A stretch of 64,000 nucleotides of DNA. Source: Planctomycetota bacterium (GTDB lineage Bacteria; Planctomycetota; B15-G4). Location: NCBI GenBank assembly GCA_038212275.1, contig JBBQUR010000004.1, positions 160,001 to 224,000 on the forward strand, in the 5' to 3' direction. The position numbers were made by a program, and so were the translations under genes. Positions within the stretch are counted from its first letter, which is position 1, and each line of letters starts with the position of its first letter. A model generated the notes under the pieces. The model was not told the DNA's origin, made no database searches, and saw only the letters and a list, made by a program, of their open reading frames with translations. Shown piece by piece: positions 16,630 through 26,561 of the stretch.

Positions 16630-17910
16630 ATGCATTACGATTGCGATTGCGAAGGCGTCCTGCAAAGTGGCGTGAAGCGGAGCCGGCGGGCGGGCACAGG
16701 TGCCGGCGGGAGCATCTCCCTGGCGGCGGGCGCGCTGGCGGCGCTCGCGCTGCTGTTCGTCGGTGCCGAGCTGCGTTCCCAGCAGTCACCGGATCTCATC
16801 GTGTCTCTGTCGGCGGATGACACGTTGCCGGGCGAGGTGGTGCACGATCAGGAGCTCGTCTTCCATGCGCAGGGGCAGGGGTCGCACGTGTGCTGGCCGA
16901 CGGAGACCTTTGCGCTGCTGACGGCCGAGACGGCGCAGCTGATCCATCCCGTGTTCACGGAGGTGGATGCCGTTCACGAATTGTCGGGGGGCACCACGGC
17001 GTCCCGACGGCTGCTTTTCTCGATCGGCACGGACGAGGCCGGCTTCAAGGATGGAGACATCATCGGCGTGGGGCCGAGCGGGTTGTTCGAAGTGCACACC
17101 ACGGAAGCGGCTTTCATCGCGGCTGCCGGCGTCACGGATGGCAACGTGGACATCGACGCGTATCAGCTCGACCCTGATGGCGGCGTGTGCTTCTCCTTCG
17201 CAGACAACGAGGCCTCGTCGTTCCTGTCGGGCGAGACCGCCGGCACCATCAAGGATGGTGACGTGCTGTACTGGCCGCCCTTCTCGGCGCAGGCGCAGGT
17301 GCTTTACACGGAGGCGCAGATCAGCGCCTTCGTGACCCACGCGATCGGCGTGACGGCGACCACCACCGACACGACGGGACTGGCGCGCGATCCGCTCACG
17401 GGTGACGTGCTCTTCAGCGTGCAGAGCCCGACGAACCAGGATGCTTCCGTGTTCAGCGTGGCGAATGGCGGCATGCTGCTGCCTGGCCATGCGGAGTCCG
17501 ATCTGGGCTTCACGGGCGCTCCGGAACTCGATGCGATCACGGTGGCGCATTCGCGCTATCCCTCGCTGACGACGAGCACCCCGAAGCCGGCGGCCGGCTC
17601 GATCATCGAGTTGCGGCTGAGCGACGCCACGCCGGGATTTCCACACCTGGTGGTCGCCTCGCTCTCGCTCAGCGAGCCAAGCTTTCCACTGTACGGCTGG
17701 GGTGGTCTGGTCCTTCCGCAGGATGCCTTGCTGGCGGCTTCGCTCGCGTCGGCGCCGTCCCTGGTGATCGTGCCCGACGGTGCCGGTAACGGGACATTCG
17801 CGACGTTGCTGCCGATCGGAATGGGGGCGCTCGACGTGGTGCTTCAGGTCATTTCGCCCGGGCCGGATCTTGCGAGCAGCAATCCCGTGCTGCTCGAGCT
17901 GGCACAGTGA
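16630..17910 (+). CDS. Hypothetical secreted protein with acidic beta-rich repeats and a C-terminal beta domain
   Basis: Signal-like hydrophobic stretch; repeated (V/I/L)DA...FS...KDGD units. Confidence 0.75.
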   Translation: MHYDCDCEGVLQSGVKRSRRAGTGAGGSISLAAGALAALALLFVGAELRSQQSPDLIVSLSADDTLPGEVVHDQELVFHAQGQGSHVCWPTETFALLTAETAQLIHPVFTEVDAVHELSGGTTASRRLLFSIGTDEAGFKDGDIIGVGPSGLFEVHTTEAAFIAAAGVTDGNVDIDAYQLDPDGGVCFSFADNEASSFLSGETAGTIKDGDVLYWPPFSAQAQVLYTEAQISAFVTHAIGVTATTTDTTGLARDPLTGDVLFSVQSPTNQDASVFSVANGGMLLPGHAESDLGFTGAPELDAITVAHSRYPSLTTSTPKPAAGSIIELRLSDATPGFPHLVVASLSLSEPSFPLYGWGGLVLPQDALLAASLASAPSLVIVPDGAGNGTFATLLPIGMGALDVVLQVISPGPDLASSNPVLLELAQ

Positions 17911-18038
17911 GCTGATCGGTTCGCGCGGGTCGGCGCGCCTGCCGGCGCCGACCCGCGCGGCGTTGCCTTGTGGCTTGCGATCTCGCAGAGCGCTAGGATG
18001 CCCAAGCTTTCGTACACGCATCTCATGCGGCGCACGCC

Positions 18039-18293
18039 ATGACCTCCACCCGCCTCGTCCACTGCACCTTCCCGACGAACATGATCCGGGAGCCGCTGCT
18101 CTACAACCTCGGCCGAGACTTCAAGGTCGTGCCGAACATCCGTGGCGCGACGATCAGTGACGAGATCGGTCTGGTCTACCTCGAGCTCGAGGGCGACAAG
18201 GGCGAGATAGACCGGGCCGTCGACTACCTCGAGAGCCGTGGCGTGAAGATCGAGGCCGTCAACGGCGGCATGCCGCCGCCGCGCTCGATGTAG
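18039..18293 (+). CDS. Stand-alone NIL-domain protein
   Basis: EPLLYNLGRDFKVVPNIRGA...G...LELEG...A.DYL..RGVKIE. Confidence 0.85.
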   Translation: MTSTRLVHCTFPTNMIREPLLYNLGRDFKVVPNIRGATISDEIGLVYLELEGDKGEIDRAVDYLESRGVKIEAVNGGMPPPRSM

Positions 18294-18342
18294 GCCTCAG
18301 GCTGGCGGCGAACTGCTCCGGCGGCAGCCGGCGGGAGTGACC

Positions 18343-19722
18343 TCAACCGCCTTCCTTGGACTTGGCCTCACGGAGCGCTTCCTCGACCTCGAGTCGGAAG
18401 GTCGCGATTTTTTCCGGGTCGGCCATTTTCTTGCGCCACAGTTCGGCCCAGCCTTCGGCGACTTCGTCGCGCTTGTCGATGTCGTCCTCCGACATGCGCG
18501 ACGCGTCCAGGAAGTTGAAGTGCATCTTCCGCCCTTCGCGATCCTGCCAGTAGTCGATGAGGACAAAGGCGTCGCGCACCTGGATCTCGTCGGACATGTC
18601 GAGTCCGATGAGCGCGTTGATGAAGGCCGGCGCCGCGTCGATCGGATCGAGTTTGTCGATCTCCAGCTTGATCGCCTTGCCTTCGCGAGGGGGCGGAGCC
18701 TCGATGAAATAGGTGTGGACCCAGCCGCTCCATTCCTCGAACTGCTCCTCGGTGCCCGGCATGGGCGGCAGCTTCTCGAAGGCGAGGATCGGATCGCGCC
18801 GTTCCTTTGTCGCGCTCGGATCAGGCAGGTCGGGTGCGGGCGCCACGGCTTCGTCCGGCAGATTCATGGCGGGATCGGACGTGAGCGCCGGCGTCTCCAT
18901 CTCCTTCGGCGCGGCATCCACGGTGAGCGGCGCGGGAGCCGACGCGGAATCCGTTGCTGCGGTCGACGTCGAGGCGGGGGCGTCGGTGTCGCCTTCCGGC
19001 GCGTGCACCGCGGGCGCCTTCACGACGACGGGCTTGCTGCCGCCGCTGAAGATGAACCAGCCGGCGACACCCAGCACGACGACGGCGCCCGCGATGATCG
19101 GGATCAAGGGCAGCTTCTTCTTCGCATCGCCTTCGGCGCCGCCTCGAGCGGCGGGCCTGCTGCGGCCCGCACGAGAACCGGCCTCCTTGCCGGCCTCCCG
19201 GGCGCCAGCCGTTGCTCCGGTGCGCGCGGACTTTCCGCCCAGCGCCACCTTCCTTGAGGAGACGCCGGTGCCGACGGTGGAGGCCTTCGCGGTGCGCCCG
19301 ACGGCAGGTGCGGCCGGACCCTTTGTGGCAGACGGTGCACTGGCGCTCGCCGGCTTGCCGATTGCGGACTTCGCGGGCGCAGCAGTTGCCGCAGCCGGTG
19401 CCGTCCGGGACGCCGAGCCAGCGACGGAGCCCTTCGGCGGAAACGTGCGCGACGTGCTTGCCGCAGCCGCATGCGCCGCAGCGGCACTCGGTGGCGCCGC
19501 ACTCGATGCGGAGGCGCTCGCTGCGGGAGCGCTCGCCGGAGGCGCCGACGGCACACTCGCTGCGGCGCTCGCGGGGACGGCGGCAGCGGGCGTCGTCGGC
19601 GTCTCAGCAGGCGGGATCTGCACCACGCCGCCGCACTTGCTGCATTTGGCCTGCGACGCCGTCGTCGCCTCCGGCACCTTGAAGCGAGCTCCACAATCCT
19701 TGCACGTGCCGACTCGGGCCAT
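18343..19722 (-). CDS. Zinc-ribbon bitopic membrane protein with long low-complexity linker
   Basis: CKDC..CSKC N-terminus; Ala/Pro/Ser/Lys-rich linker; single TM; acidic C-terminal domain. Confidence 0.8.
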   Translation of the reverse strand: MARVGTCKDCGARFKVPEATTASQAKCSKCGGVVQIPPAETPTTPAAAVPASAAASVPSAPPASAPAASASASSAAPPSAAAAHAAAASTSRTFPPKGSVAGSASRTAPAAATAAPAKSAIGKPASASAPSATKGPAAPAVGRTAKASTVGTGVSSRKVALGGKSARTGATAGAREAGKEAGSRAGRSRPAARGGAEGDAKKKLPLIPIIAGAVVVLGVAGWFIFSGGSKPVVVKAPAVHAPEGDTDAPASTSTAATDSASAPAPLTVDAAPKEMETPALTSDPAMNLPDEAVAPAPDLPDPSATKERRDPILAFEKLPPMPGTEEQFEEWSGWVHTYFIEAPPPREGKAIKLEIDKLDPIDAAPAFINALIGLDMSDEIQVRDAFVLIDYWQDREGRKMHFNFLDASRMSEDDIDKRDEVAEGWAELWRKKMADPEKIATFRLEVEEALREAKSKEGG

Positions 19723-19889
19723 CGCGGCGTTCCTGTTCGGGGGAAGAACGATCTGGCAAAGCTAGGCGTCTGCAGCGCAGGGGTCAAGCCCCGCACCGTC
19801 GAGCGCTCCGTATTCCACGACGAGCGTGCGCCGGCCGCGGCACGCGGGGCCGCGCTCCGGGATGCCCGGATGCCTGCACGGCACGAGTT

Positions 19890-22262
19890 TCAGCGGTGCT
19901 GTTCGAGCCAGCGGACGAGCTCGTCGTTCTCGACCGAATCGAAGCGGGCGGCGAGCAGCGCGGCCGTCTTTTCCGCATCGCCTCGATAGAGCGTGGCGCG
20001 TCCTCGAGAGTCGGCGGCGGCGTGCAGGGCGGACAACTCGAGCAGCAGGTCGCGCAGCGTGGCCGGCTGCTTGTCCGCCATGAAGGCCAGCGTGGCCCAG
20101 GTGGTCATCTGCGGTTCGACCGCGAGCCCGGCCGCTCCGTCGTTCATCGCGTCGGCCGATCGCGTCGCGCCGCGCTTCTTGCCATGGCGCTTCTCCAGGT
20201 ACTGCTTGGCGCGCTGCGACCAGTCCGTGTGGTCGCCCGTCGGCACGAAGCCGGTCGTGTTGAACATGTAGACCGACTTCGTGAGCTGCAACTCGACGAC
20301 TTCGCCGAGTCCCCACAGGATCGTCGGCGGGAGCTGGCCGCAGCGGCTCGTGATCAGGCACTGTGCGTACTTGTGCAGCACCTCGTTGCGCAGGCGGAAT
20401 TCGTCGTCCCCGGCAGCGGCGTTGCCGGCAACGTCGTAGGTCGGCTGCAGGAAGAGTCCGGCGCCGCGCAGCATGAGGCCCGCAGGCGCGGCTCGCAGGC
20501 TTTCGGCTGCGGATTCGAACATGAGCCGACGCCCGACGAGGTCATCGAGGAGTCCGCTCCAGGCCGGCGACCGCGCGGCCTTCTCGTCGAAAAGGATCGC
20601 AACCGTGGCGCGTGGCTCGCGCTCGTTCGCGGCCGAGACGAGCGGATCGAGAATCGCGAAGGCCTCGTCCATCCACTTGGCCGCATCGCGCAGCGTGTCG
20701 TCCTTTGCGGAACCCAGCACGAGCGCTTCGGGATTGCCGCTCATCACGACGCTGAATCCGAAGCGCGTCGCCGGCTCGGCCCAGGCATTCAGCGCCTCCT
20801 TGAGCGAGGGCGTCAGCCTGGACTCGACTTCGCGCCCCACGACTTCCTGCGTCCCCAGCCGGAACTTCAAGTTGGCGGCCGCGGGAAAGAGCACGTTGCG
20901 CGGCGAGGCCGTGCCGCCCACCGACGGCAGCTTGACGGTCGGGCCCGAGTCGTCGGGAGCGGGCGCCGGATGTCCCGAGTCGTCGGGAGCGGCAGCCGGC
21001 GGGGGCGGGGCGGATGTGACGGGCGGATCGGGCGCATGGCCGGGTGGCGAGGGAGGCAGGCCCGGTGCGGACGGTGCGGACGGAGCCGCCGCGCGACCGT
21101 CGGCTGCGCCGGAGGCCGTGTCCGTTCCGGTCGCGGTGCCCTCTCGAATGGCCTTCTGTTCGAGCAGTTTCCGATCCCAACCGGAGAGAGGCACCTTCGG
21201 CAGGGCCTCGCGCCGCTCACCGACGGCAGGCTCGATCGGATCCACGATGTCCGTCGGCACGAAGCTCCCGCCGTAGCGTTCGTGCCACGTGAGCCAGCCC
21301 AGCACGCTCTGATGATTGGCTTCGCGCCACGTCGGCTCGGGCATGCCGTTGCGCGCAACGGCCGTGACATCGGCAGAGCGCCCGGTGATGCGTGCGAGGG
21401 CGCTCGCCAGCAGCGCCTCGGCTTCCGCGTCGGGCGACTCTTCCAGGTCGAGCTGGTCGAGGCGTTCGAGCAATGCGGCGACGGAGGCGCGCGGCGCACG
21501 ATGCAGTCGTTCGATGGCGAGTTCGCGCTCGCGGCCGACACGCGTGTCGAGCAGACGGGTCACGAGCAGTCCGGCATCTTCGCGTTCGAGATCGAGCAGG
21601 TCCGCAGGCCACAGCACGACGGGGCGGGCAGGGCGCACGAAGTCCGCGGCAGGCTGCAAACCGGTTTCACCCGCAGGATTCGCGCCCTCGAAGTAGCGCT
21701 TGCCGATGCTCAGGTCGAGCAACTGCAGCTCCGGTGTGAGCGTGAGCAGCAGGTCGCGTTGCTCGCCGTTCACCTGGTTGCGCACGACCGCCTGCACGAT
21801 GCGACGGTCCGGCACGGGACCATGGCCGGCATCCGGGTCGGGCAGCTCCGTCGCGGCGATCAGCCCCGCCGCGCTCATCCAGGCAGCGTCCGCTTGCGTC
21901 CAGGCGCGGGCGAGCAGCTGGCGCTCGAGCATCTGGTCGGTCTCGTCGAGGTCGGCCCAGGTGCGCGTGCCGTGGCCGCGCTGCAGCTGTTCTTCGAAGC
22001 GCCGCGGAAAGTCCACGCGGGTCGACAGCGCGGCTCCATCCGCCGCGCGCAGGTCGTCCACGACACTTCGGACCACCTGCAATTCTGGCTCTTCGAGCCG
22101 ACCGGGCTCGGACAACGCCTCCTGCCCGACAGCACGTTCCGCCAGGGCCCAGAGGCCGAAGAGACCGAGGCTCAGGAAACATGCAGCGAAGCCCCGGAAA
22201 GGGGTCCGGCTCCTGTGCGCTGCAGCTTCCGGGGAAGCCTGCGTGCCCTGCATGCCTTGCAT
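19890..22262 (-). CDS. Large hypothetical exported multidomain protein with a degenerate zincin-like C-terminal domain
   Basis: GGAGGAG RBS before the ATG at 22262; N-terminal hydrophobic segment; Pro-rich linker; VLHKYAQ...LPPTILWGLGE. Confidence 0.75.
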   Translation of the reverse strand: MQGMQGTQASPEAAAHRSRTPFRGFAACFLSLGLFGLWALAERAVGQEALSEPGRLEEPELQVVRSVVDDLRAADGAALSTRVDFPRRFEEQLQRGHGTRTWADLDETDQMLERQLLARAWTQADAAWMSAAGLIAATELPDPDAGHGPVPDRRIVQAVVRNQVNGEQRDLLLTLTPELQLLDLSIGKRYFEGANPAGETGLQPAADFVRPARPVVLWPADLLDLEREDAGLLVTRLLDTRVGRERELAIERLHRAPRASVAALLERLDQLDLEESPDAEAEALLASALARITGRSADVTAVARNGMPEPTWREANHQSVLGWLTWHERYGGSFVPTDIVDPIEPAVGERREALPKVPLSGWDRKLLEQKAIREGTATGTDTASGAADGRAAAPSAPSAPGLPPSPPGHAPDPPVTSAPPPPAAAPDDSGHPAPAPDDSGPTVKLPSVGGTASPRNVLFPAAANLKFRLGTQEVVGREVESRLTPSLKEALNAWAEPATRFGFSVVMSGNPEALVLGSAKDDTLRDAAKWMDEAFAILDPLVSAANEREPRATVAILFDEKAARSPAWSGLLDDLVGRRLMFESAAESLRAAPAGLMLRGAGLFLQPTYDVAGNAAAGDDEFRLRNEVLHKYAQCLITSRCGQLPPTILWGLGEVVELQLTKSVYMFNTTGFVPTGDHTDWSQRAKQYLEKRHGKKRGATRSADAMNDGAAGLAVEPQMTTWATLAFMADKQPATLRDLLLELSALHAAADSRGRATLYRGDAEKTAALLAARFDSVENDELVRWLEQHR

Positions 22263-22570
22263 GATCGATCTCCTCCACCCCGCTTCCCGTCGCGACGCCG
22301 TCCGCGCAGGTGTTGCGACCACGCACAGTGACTCCCCGGGTGCGGGGTGGCGCACTCTATACGCTGCCTTCCCGGACCGTGACGGCGCCAGCCCCTTCAG
22401 ACGGCGCCAGCATGTCTCGGCGTCCCGACCGCAGGTGATCACTTCAACCGGCCACGAGCCGATCCGGTGCATGACCGGGGGGGCACACCTGCTTATCATC
22501 GCGTCGCCGAGCGCTGCCCGCAGCCCGGCGCCGCAGTCCCCGCAGCGGCCAGGACACCCGACGCCCCCCG

Positions 22571-24568
22571 ATGACCGACCGCCCTTTCCGTCTTCACACC
22601 GACTTCATCCCGCGCGGCGACCAGCCTGCTGCGATCGAGGCGCTGGCGAAGGGATACGCCTCGGGCCGGCGGCGGCAGGTGCTGCGCGGCGTCACGGGGT
22701 CGGGCAAGACCTTCACGATGGCGCACATCGTCCAGCGCCTGCAGCGTCCCACGCTCATCCTCGCGCACAACAAGACTCTCGCGGCGCAGCTCTACGACGA
22801 GTTCCGCAACCTCTTCCCCGAGAACGCCGTCGAATACTTCGTCAGTTATTACGACTACTACCAGCCCGAGGCCTACGTCGCGCGCACCGACACCTTCATC
22901 GAGAAGGAGGCCTTCATCAACGAGCAGATCGAGAGGCTGCGCAACAGCGCCACGCGCTCGCTGCTCGAGCGGAGCGACGTGCTCATCGTCGCGTCCGTCT
23001 CGTGCATCTACGGCCTGGGAAGCCCCGAGTATTACGCCGGGATGAAGGTGTCGCTGACGCGCGGACAGGAGATCGAGCGTGACGACCTGCTGCGCGCGCT
23101 GGCCGGCATCCAGTACCAGCGCGCCGCGCTCGAGTTCAAGAATGGCACCTTCCGCGCTCGCGGCGACGTCGTCGAGATCTTCCCCGTCTACGAGGAAGCG
23201 AAGGTCATCCGCGTCGAATTCGACGCCGACGCGATCGAGAGCATCTCGATCGTGGATCCGCTGCGCGGCGAGGTCATGGACTCGCCGGACGCCATCGCGA
23301 TCTACCCGGCCAGCCACTACATCACGCCGCGTCATCGCCTCGAGCAGGCCGCGGTGACGATCCGCGCGGAACTCGAGGAGCGGCTCGCCGTGCTCCGCGG
23401 CCACGGCAAGCTGCTGGAGGCGCAGCGACTCGAGCAACGCACGCGCTTCGATCTCGAGCTCATCGAGGAGTCGGGCTTCTGCTCGGGCATCGAGAACTAC
23501 AGCCGGCACCTCGACGGCCGCGCGCCGGGCGAGCCGCCCGCCACGCTCATCGCCTACCTCCCCGACGACTTCCTCGTGATCGTCGACGAGTGCCACCAGA
23601 GCCTGCCGCAGGTGGGCGCCATGCGTCGCGGCGACCTTTCGCGCAAGACCACGCTCGTCGAGCACGGCTTCCGCCTGCCCTCCGCCATCGACAACAGGCC
23701 GCTGGAGTTCGCTGAGTTCGACAAGCTGCTCGACAAGGTGCTCTACGTCTCGGCCACGCCGTCGGCGTGGGAGATCGGCCAGAGCGGCGGCCCGGACGCG
23801 GTGGTCGAGCAGATCATCCGTCCCACCGGCCTGCTCGACCCGCCGATCGAGGTGCGGCCTGCGCGTGGCCAGGTCGACGACCTGCTGTCGGAGATCCGCG
23901 CCGTGACGGCCAAGGGCGAGCGCGTGCTCGTCACCACGCTCACCAAGCGCATGTCCGAGGAACTCACCGATCATTACGAGTCGCTTGGCGTGCGGGTGAA
24001 GTACATGCACAGCGACATCGACAGCATCGAGCGCGTGGAGATCATCCGCGGCCTGCGGCTCGGCGAGACCGACGTGCTCATCGGCATCAACCTGCTGCGC
24101 GAGGGCCTCGACCTGCCGGAGGTCTCGCTGGTCGCGGTGCTCGACGCCGACAAGGCCGGCTTCCTGCGCAGCGCCACGAGCCTCGTGCAGACGATGGGGC
24201 GCGCCGCACGCAACGTGCACGGCCGGGTGATCTTCTATGCCGAGTCGGTCACCGACGCGATGCGCACCGCGCTCGACGTGTCCGAGCGGCGTCGCAAGAT
24301 CCAGCAGGCCTTCAACGACGAGCACGGCATCGTGCCCACCACGACGACGCGCAGCGTGGACCGCTCGCTCATGGTCGCTGAGGACGAGGCCGCGCCGCGC
24401 GTCGAGGACCTGCCGCTCGAGAACGCGGACCCGGCCACGCTCCGGCGCACGATCGAGGGCCTGCGCCGCGAGATGCGGGCCGCCTCCGAGGCGCTCGAGT
24501 TCGAGCAGGCGGGCCGCCTCAGGGATCGCATCCGCCGCCTCGAGCACCTCGAGTTGCGCTACCTCTGA
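22571..24568 (+). CDS. uvrB: Excinuclease ABC subunit B
   Basis: [43 protein letters not shown]-terminal UVR domain. Confidence 0.98.
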   Translation: MTDRPFRLHTDFIPRGDQPAAIEALAKGYASGRRRQVLRGVTGSGKTFTMAHIVQRLQRPTLILAHNKTLAAQLYDEFRNLFPENAVEYFVSYYDYYQPEAYVARTDTFIEKEAFINEQIERLRNSATRSLLERSDVLIVASVSCIYGLGSPEYYAGMKVSLTRGQEIERDDLLRALAGIQYQRAALEFKNGTFRARGDVVEIFPVYEEAKVIRVEFDADAIESISIVDPLRGEVMDSPDAIAIYPASHYITPRHRLEQAAVTIRAELEERLAVLRGHGKLLEAQRLEQRTRFDLELIEESGFCSGIENYSRHLDGRAPGEPPATLIAYLPDDFLVIVDECHQSLPQVGAMRRGDLSRKTTLVEHGFRLPSAIDNRPLEFAEFDKLLDKVLYVSATPSAWEIGQSGGPDAVVEQIIRPTGLLDPPIEVRPARGQVDDLLSEIRAVTAKGERVLVTTLTKRMSEELTDHYESLGVRVKYMHSDIDSIERVEIIRGLRLGETDVLIGINLLREGLDLPEVSLVAVLDADKAGFLRSATSLVQTMGRAARNVHGRVIFYAESVTDAMRTALDVSERRRKIQQAFNDEHGIVPTTTTRSVDRSLMVAEDEAAPRVEDLPLENADPATLRRTIEGLRREMRAASEALEFEQAGRLRDRIRRLEHLELRYL

Positions 24569-24571
24569 GCC

Positions 24572-26524
24572 ATGGATTCCCGCGCCCCGGACGCCGACCC
24601 CGTGCCGCCGGCGCCTGCCCGCCGCAGCGCGCCGCTCACGCTGACGGCCACTCCCGTGGCACCCCCCGGCACCGAGACCGGCGAGGCCCGCCGCGAGCGG
24701 CTGCTCCTTGCGGTGGGGCGCCTGCCGACCGGACCGGGCGTCTACGTCTTCCGGAATGCCGACGGCGCCGTGGCCTACGTCGGCAAGGCGCGCAATCTCC
24801 GGGAGCGCGTGCGCAGCTACTTCTCGAACGCGCGCGGCGACAGCCGGCGCGCCGTCGTCTTCGTCGAGCGCTACGTGCACGCGATCGAGTTCGTCAGCAC
24901 GCAGACGGAGCCCGAGGCCTTCCTGCTCGAGAACCGGCTCGTCAAGCACCACAAGCCGGCCTACAACGTCAAGCTGCGCGACGACAAGGACTTCCTGTAT
25001 CTGCGCGTGGATCGCGGACATGCCTTTCCGGCGCTCGGCCTCGCCCGCAGGCCGCGCAGCCGCACGCGCCACGTGAGCTTTCACGGACCGTTCGCGAGTG
25101 CGCACTCCCTGCGGCGCACGCTGCGGATGCTCGGCTCCGTGATCCCGCTGCGCGACTGCAGCGACCGCGAGTTCGCAGGCCGCACGCGCCCCTGCCTCAA
25201 GCACGACATGGGGCGTTGCTGCGCGCCGTGCGTCGGTCTGGTGACGCGCGAGGAGTACGCCACGCTCCTCGACGAAGCCCTGTCCGTGCTGGGCGGCCGG
25301 CCGGCCGGGGTCCTGGCTCGACTCGAGGAGCGGATGACGGTCGCCGCCGCCGCGATGCGCTTCGAGGAGGCCGCGCGCCTCCGCGATCAGATCCGCTTCC
25401 TGCGCGCCGCCACCAGCACGCAGCAGGTCGAGAACATCGGCCTGCCCGAAGGCGATGTCGTGGGCCTCGCGCGCGCCGGCGGACTCGCCTGCGTCGTCGT
25501 GCTCTTCTTCCGTGGCGGCACGCTCGTGTCGAGCATCGCGCACACGCTGGACACCGAGCTGCCCGACGAGGAGCTGATCGAGGGCTTCCTGCACGAGTTC
25601 TACGCCGACGGGCGCCCCGTGCCGCGCGAGCTGCTGCTCCCGTGCGATCTGCCGGAAGGCGAGGCGCTGGCGGAGGTGCTCGCCGCCCGGCGCGAAGGGC
25701 CCGTGGACGTGGCGACGCCGCAGCGCGGCGAACGCCGCGCCCTCATCGACCTCGCCGCGCGCAACGCGCAGCACGCCCTCGATGTCGCGGTCGAGGACCG
25801 CGGCCACCAGGTCACGCTGCTTGACAGCCTGGCCGCGCGCCTCTCGCTGCCGCGCGTGCCCGAGGTCATCGAGTGCTACGACATCTCGAACACGGGGCGC
25901 ACCGGCATCGTCGCGTCGCGCGTGGTCTTCAGGCACGGCGAGCCGGACCGCGCCCGCTACCGCAGCTACCGCATGAAGACCGTCGAGGGGCCGGACGACT
26001 ACGCCTCGCTGGCGGAGGTCCTCCGGCGCCGGCTCGCGCGCGCCGCCGTCGATCCGCTGCCCGATCTGCTCATCGTCGACGGAGGCCGCGGCCAGCTCGG
26101 CGTCGCGGAAGCGGTCTGTGCGGAACTCGGCCTGTCGGAGCTGCCGCTCGCATCACTCGCGAAAGGCGGTCGCCGCGGACGCGCCGTCACGCTGGACGAA
26201 GGCGAGCAGGAGCGCGTCTTCCTGCCGGGCCGCGAGGATCCGATCGTGCTCGACAGGCAGGCGCCGGAGGAATACCTGCTGCAGCGCGTGCGCGACGAGG
26301 CGCATCGCTTCGCCATCGGCCATCACCGCAAGCTGCGCAGCAAGGAGAGCCTCGGCTCGCGCCTCGACGACGTGCCGGGCGTCGGTCCCGTGCTGCGCAA
26401 GCGTCTGCTCACGTCCTTCGGTGGCATGCGCGAACTCGAGCGCGCCACGGTGGAACAGCTCGCGGCGGTGCGGGGCGTCGGCGGAGAGCTGGCCCAGCTG
26501 CTGCACGACCACCTCTCGCGCTGA
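24572..26524 (+). CDS. uvrC: Excinuclease ABC subunit C
   Basis: GIY-YIG (PGVY...YVGKA), Cys-rich region, ECYDISN, DGGRGQ, RDEAHRFAI, HhH domain. Confidence 0.97.
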   Translation: MDSRAPDADPVPPAPARRSAPLTLTATPVAPPGTETGEARRERLLLAVGRLPTGPGVYVFRNADGAVAYVGKARNLRERVRSYFSNARGDSRRAVVFVERYVHAIEFVSTQTEPEAFLLENRLVKHHKPAYNVKLRDDKDFLYLRVDRGHAFPALGLARRPRSRTRHVSFHGPFASAHSLRRTLRMLGSVIPLRDCSDREFAGRTRPCLKHDMGRCCAPCVGLVTREEYATLLDEALSVLGGRPAGVLARLEERMTVAAAAMRFEEAARLRDQIRFLRAATSTQQVENIGLPEGDVVGLARAGGLACVVVLFFRGGTLVSSIAHTLDTELPDEELIEGFLHEFYADGRPVPRELLLPCDLPEGEALAEVLAARREGPVDVATPQRGERRALIDLAARNAQHALDVAVEDRGHQVTLLDSLAARLSLPRVPEVIECYDISNTGRTGIVASRVVFRHGEPDRARYRSYRMKTVEGPDDYASLAEVLRRRLARAAVDPLPDLLIVDGGRGQLGVAEAVCAELGLSELPLASLAKGGRRGRAVTLDEGEQERVFLPGREDPIVLDRQAPEEYLLQRVRDEAHRFAIGHHRKLRSKESLGSRLDDVPGVGPVLRKRLLTSFGGMRELERATVEQLAAVRGVGGELAQLLHDHLSR

Positions 26525-26561
26525 GCGTCGCGAACGAGCAGCCGATGGCGCTCAGCCGCGC

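Noticed and set aside
22355..22390. SRP RNA helix-8-like string on the - strand (GTCACGGTCCGGGAAGGCAGC)
   Set aside because: Does not fit the conserved CAGG...GNRA...AGCA symmetric loop; no convincing long flanking stem
22496..25936. Very long antisense or alternate-frame ORFs (e.g. 1146 aa opposite uvrBC; also 7759-9879, 31751-34243, 59124-61331)
   Set aside because: Shadow ORFs expected from high GC3 codon bias; they overlap clear genes and have no motifs
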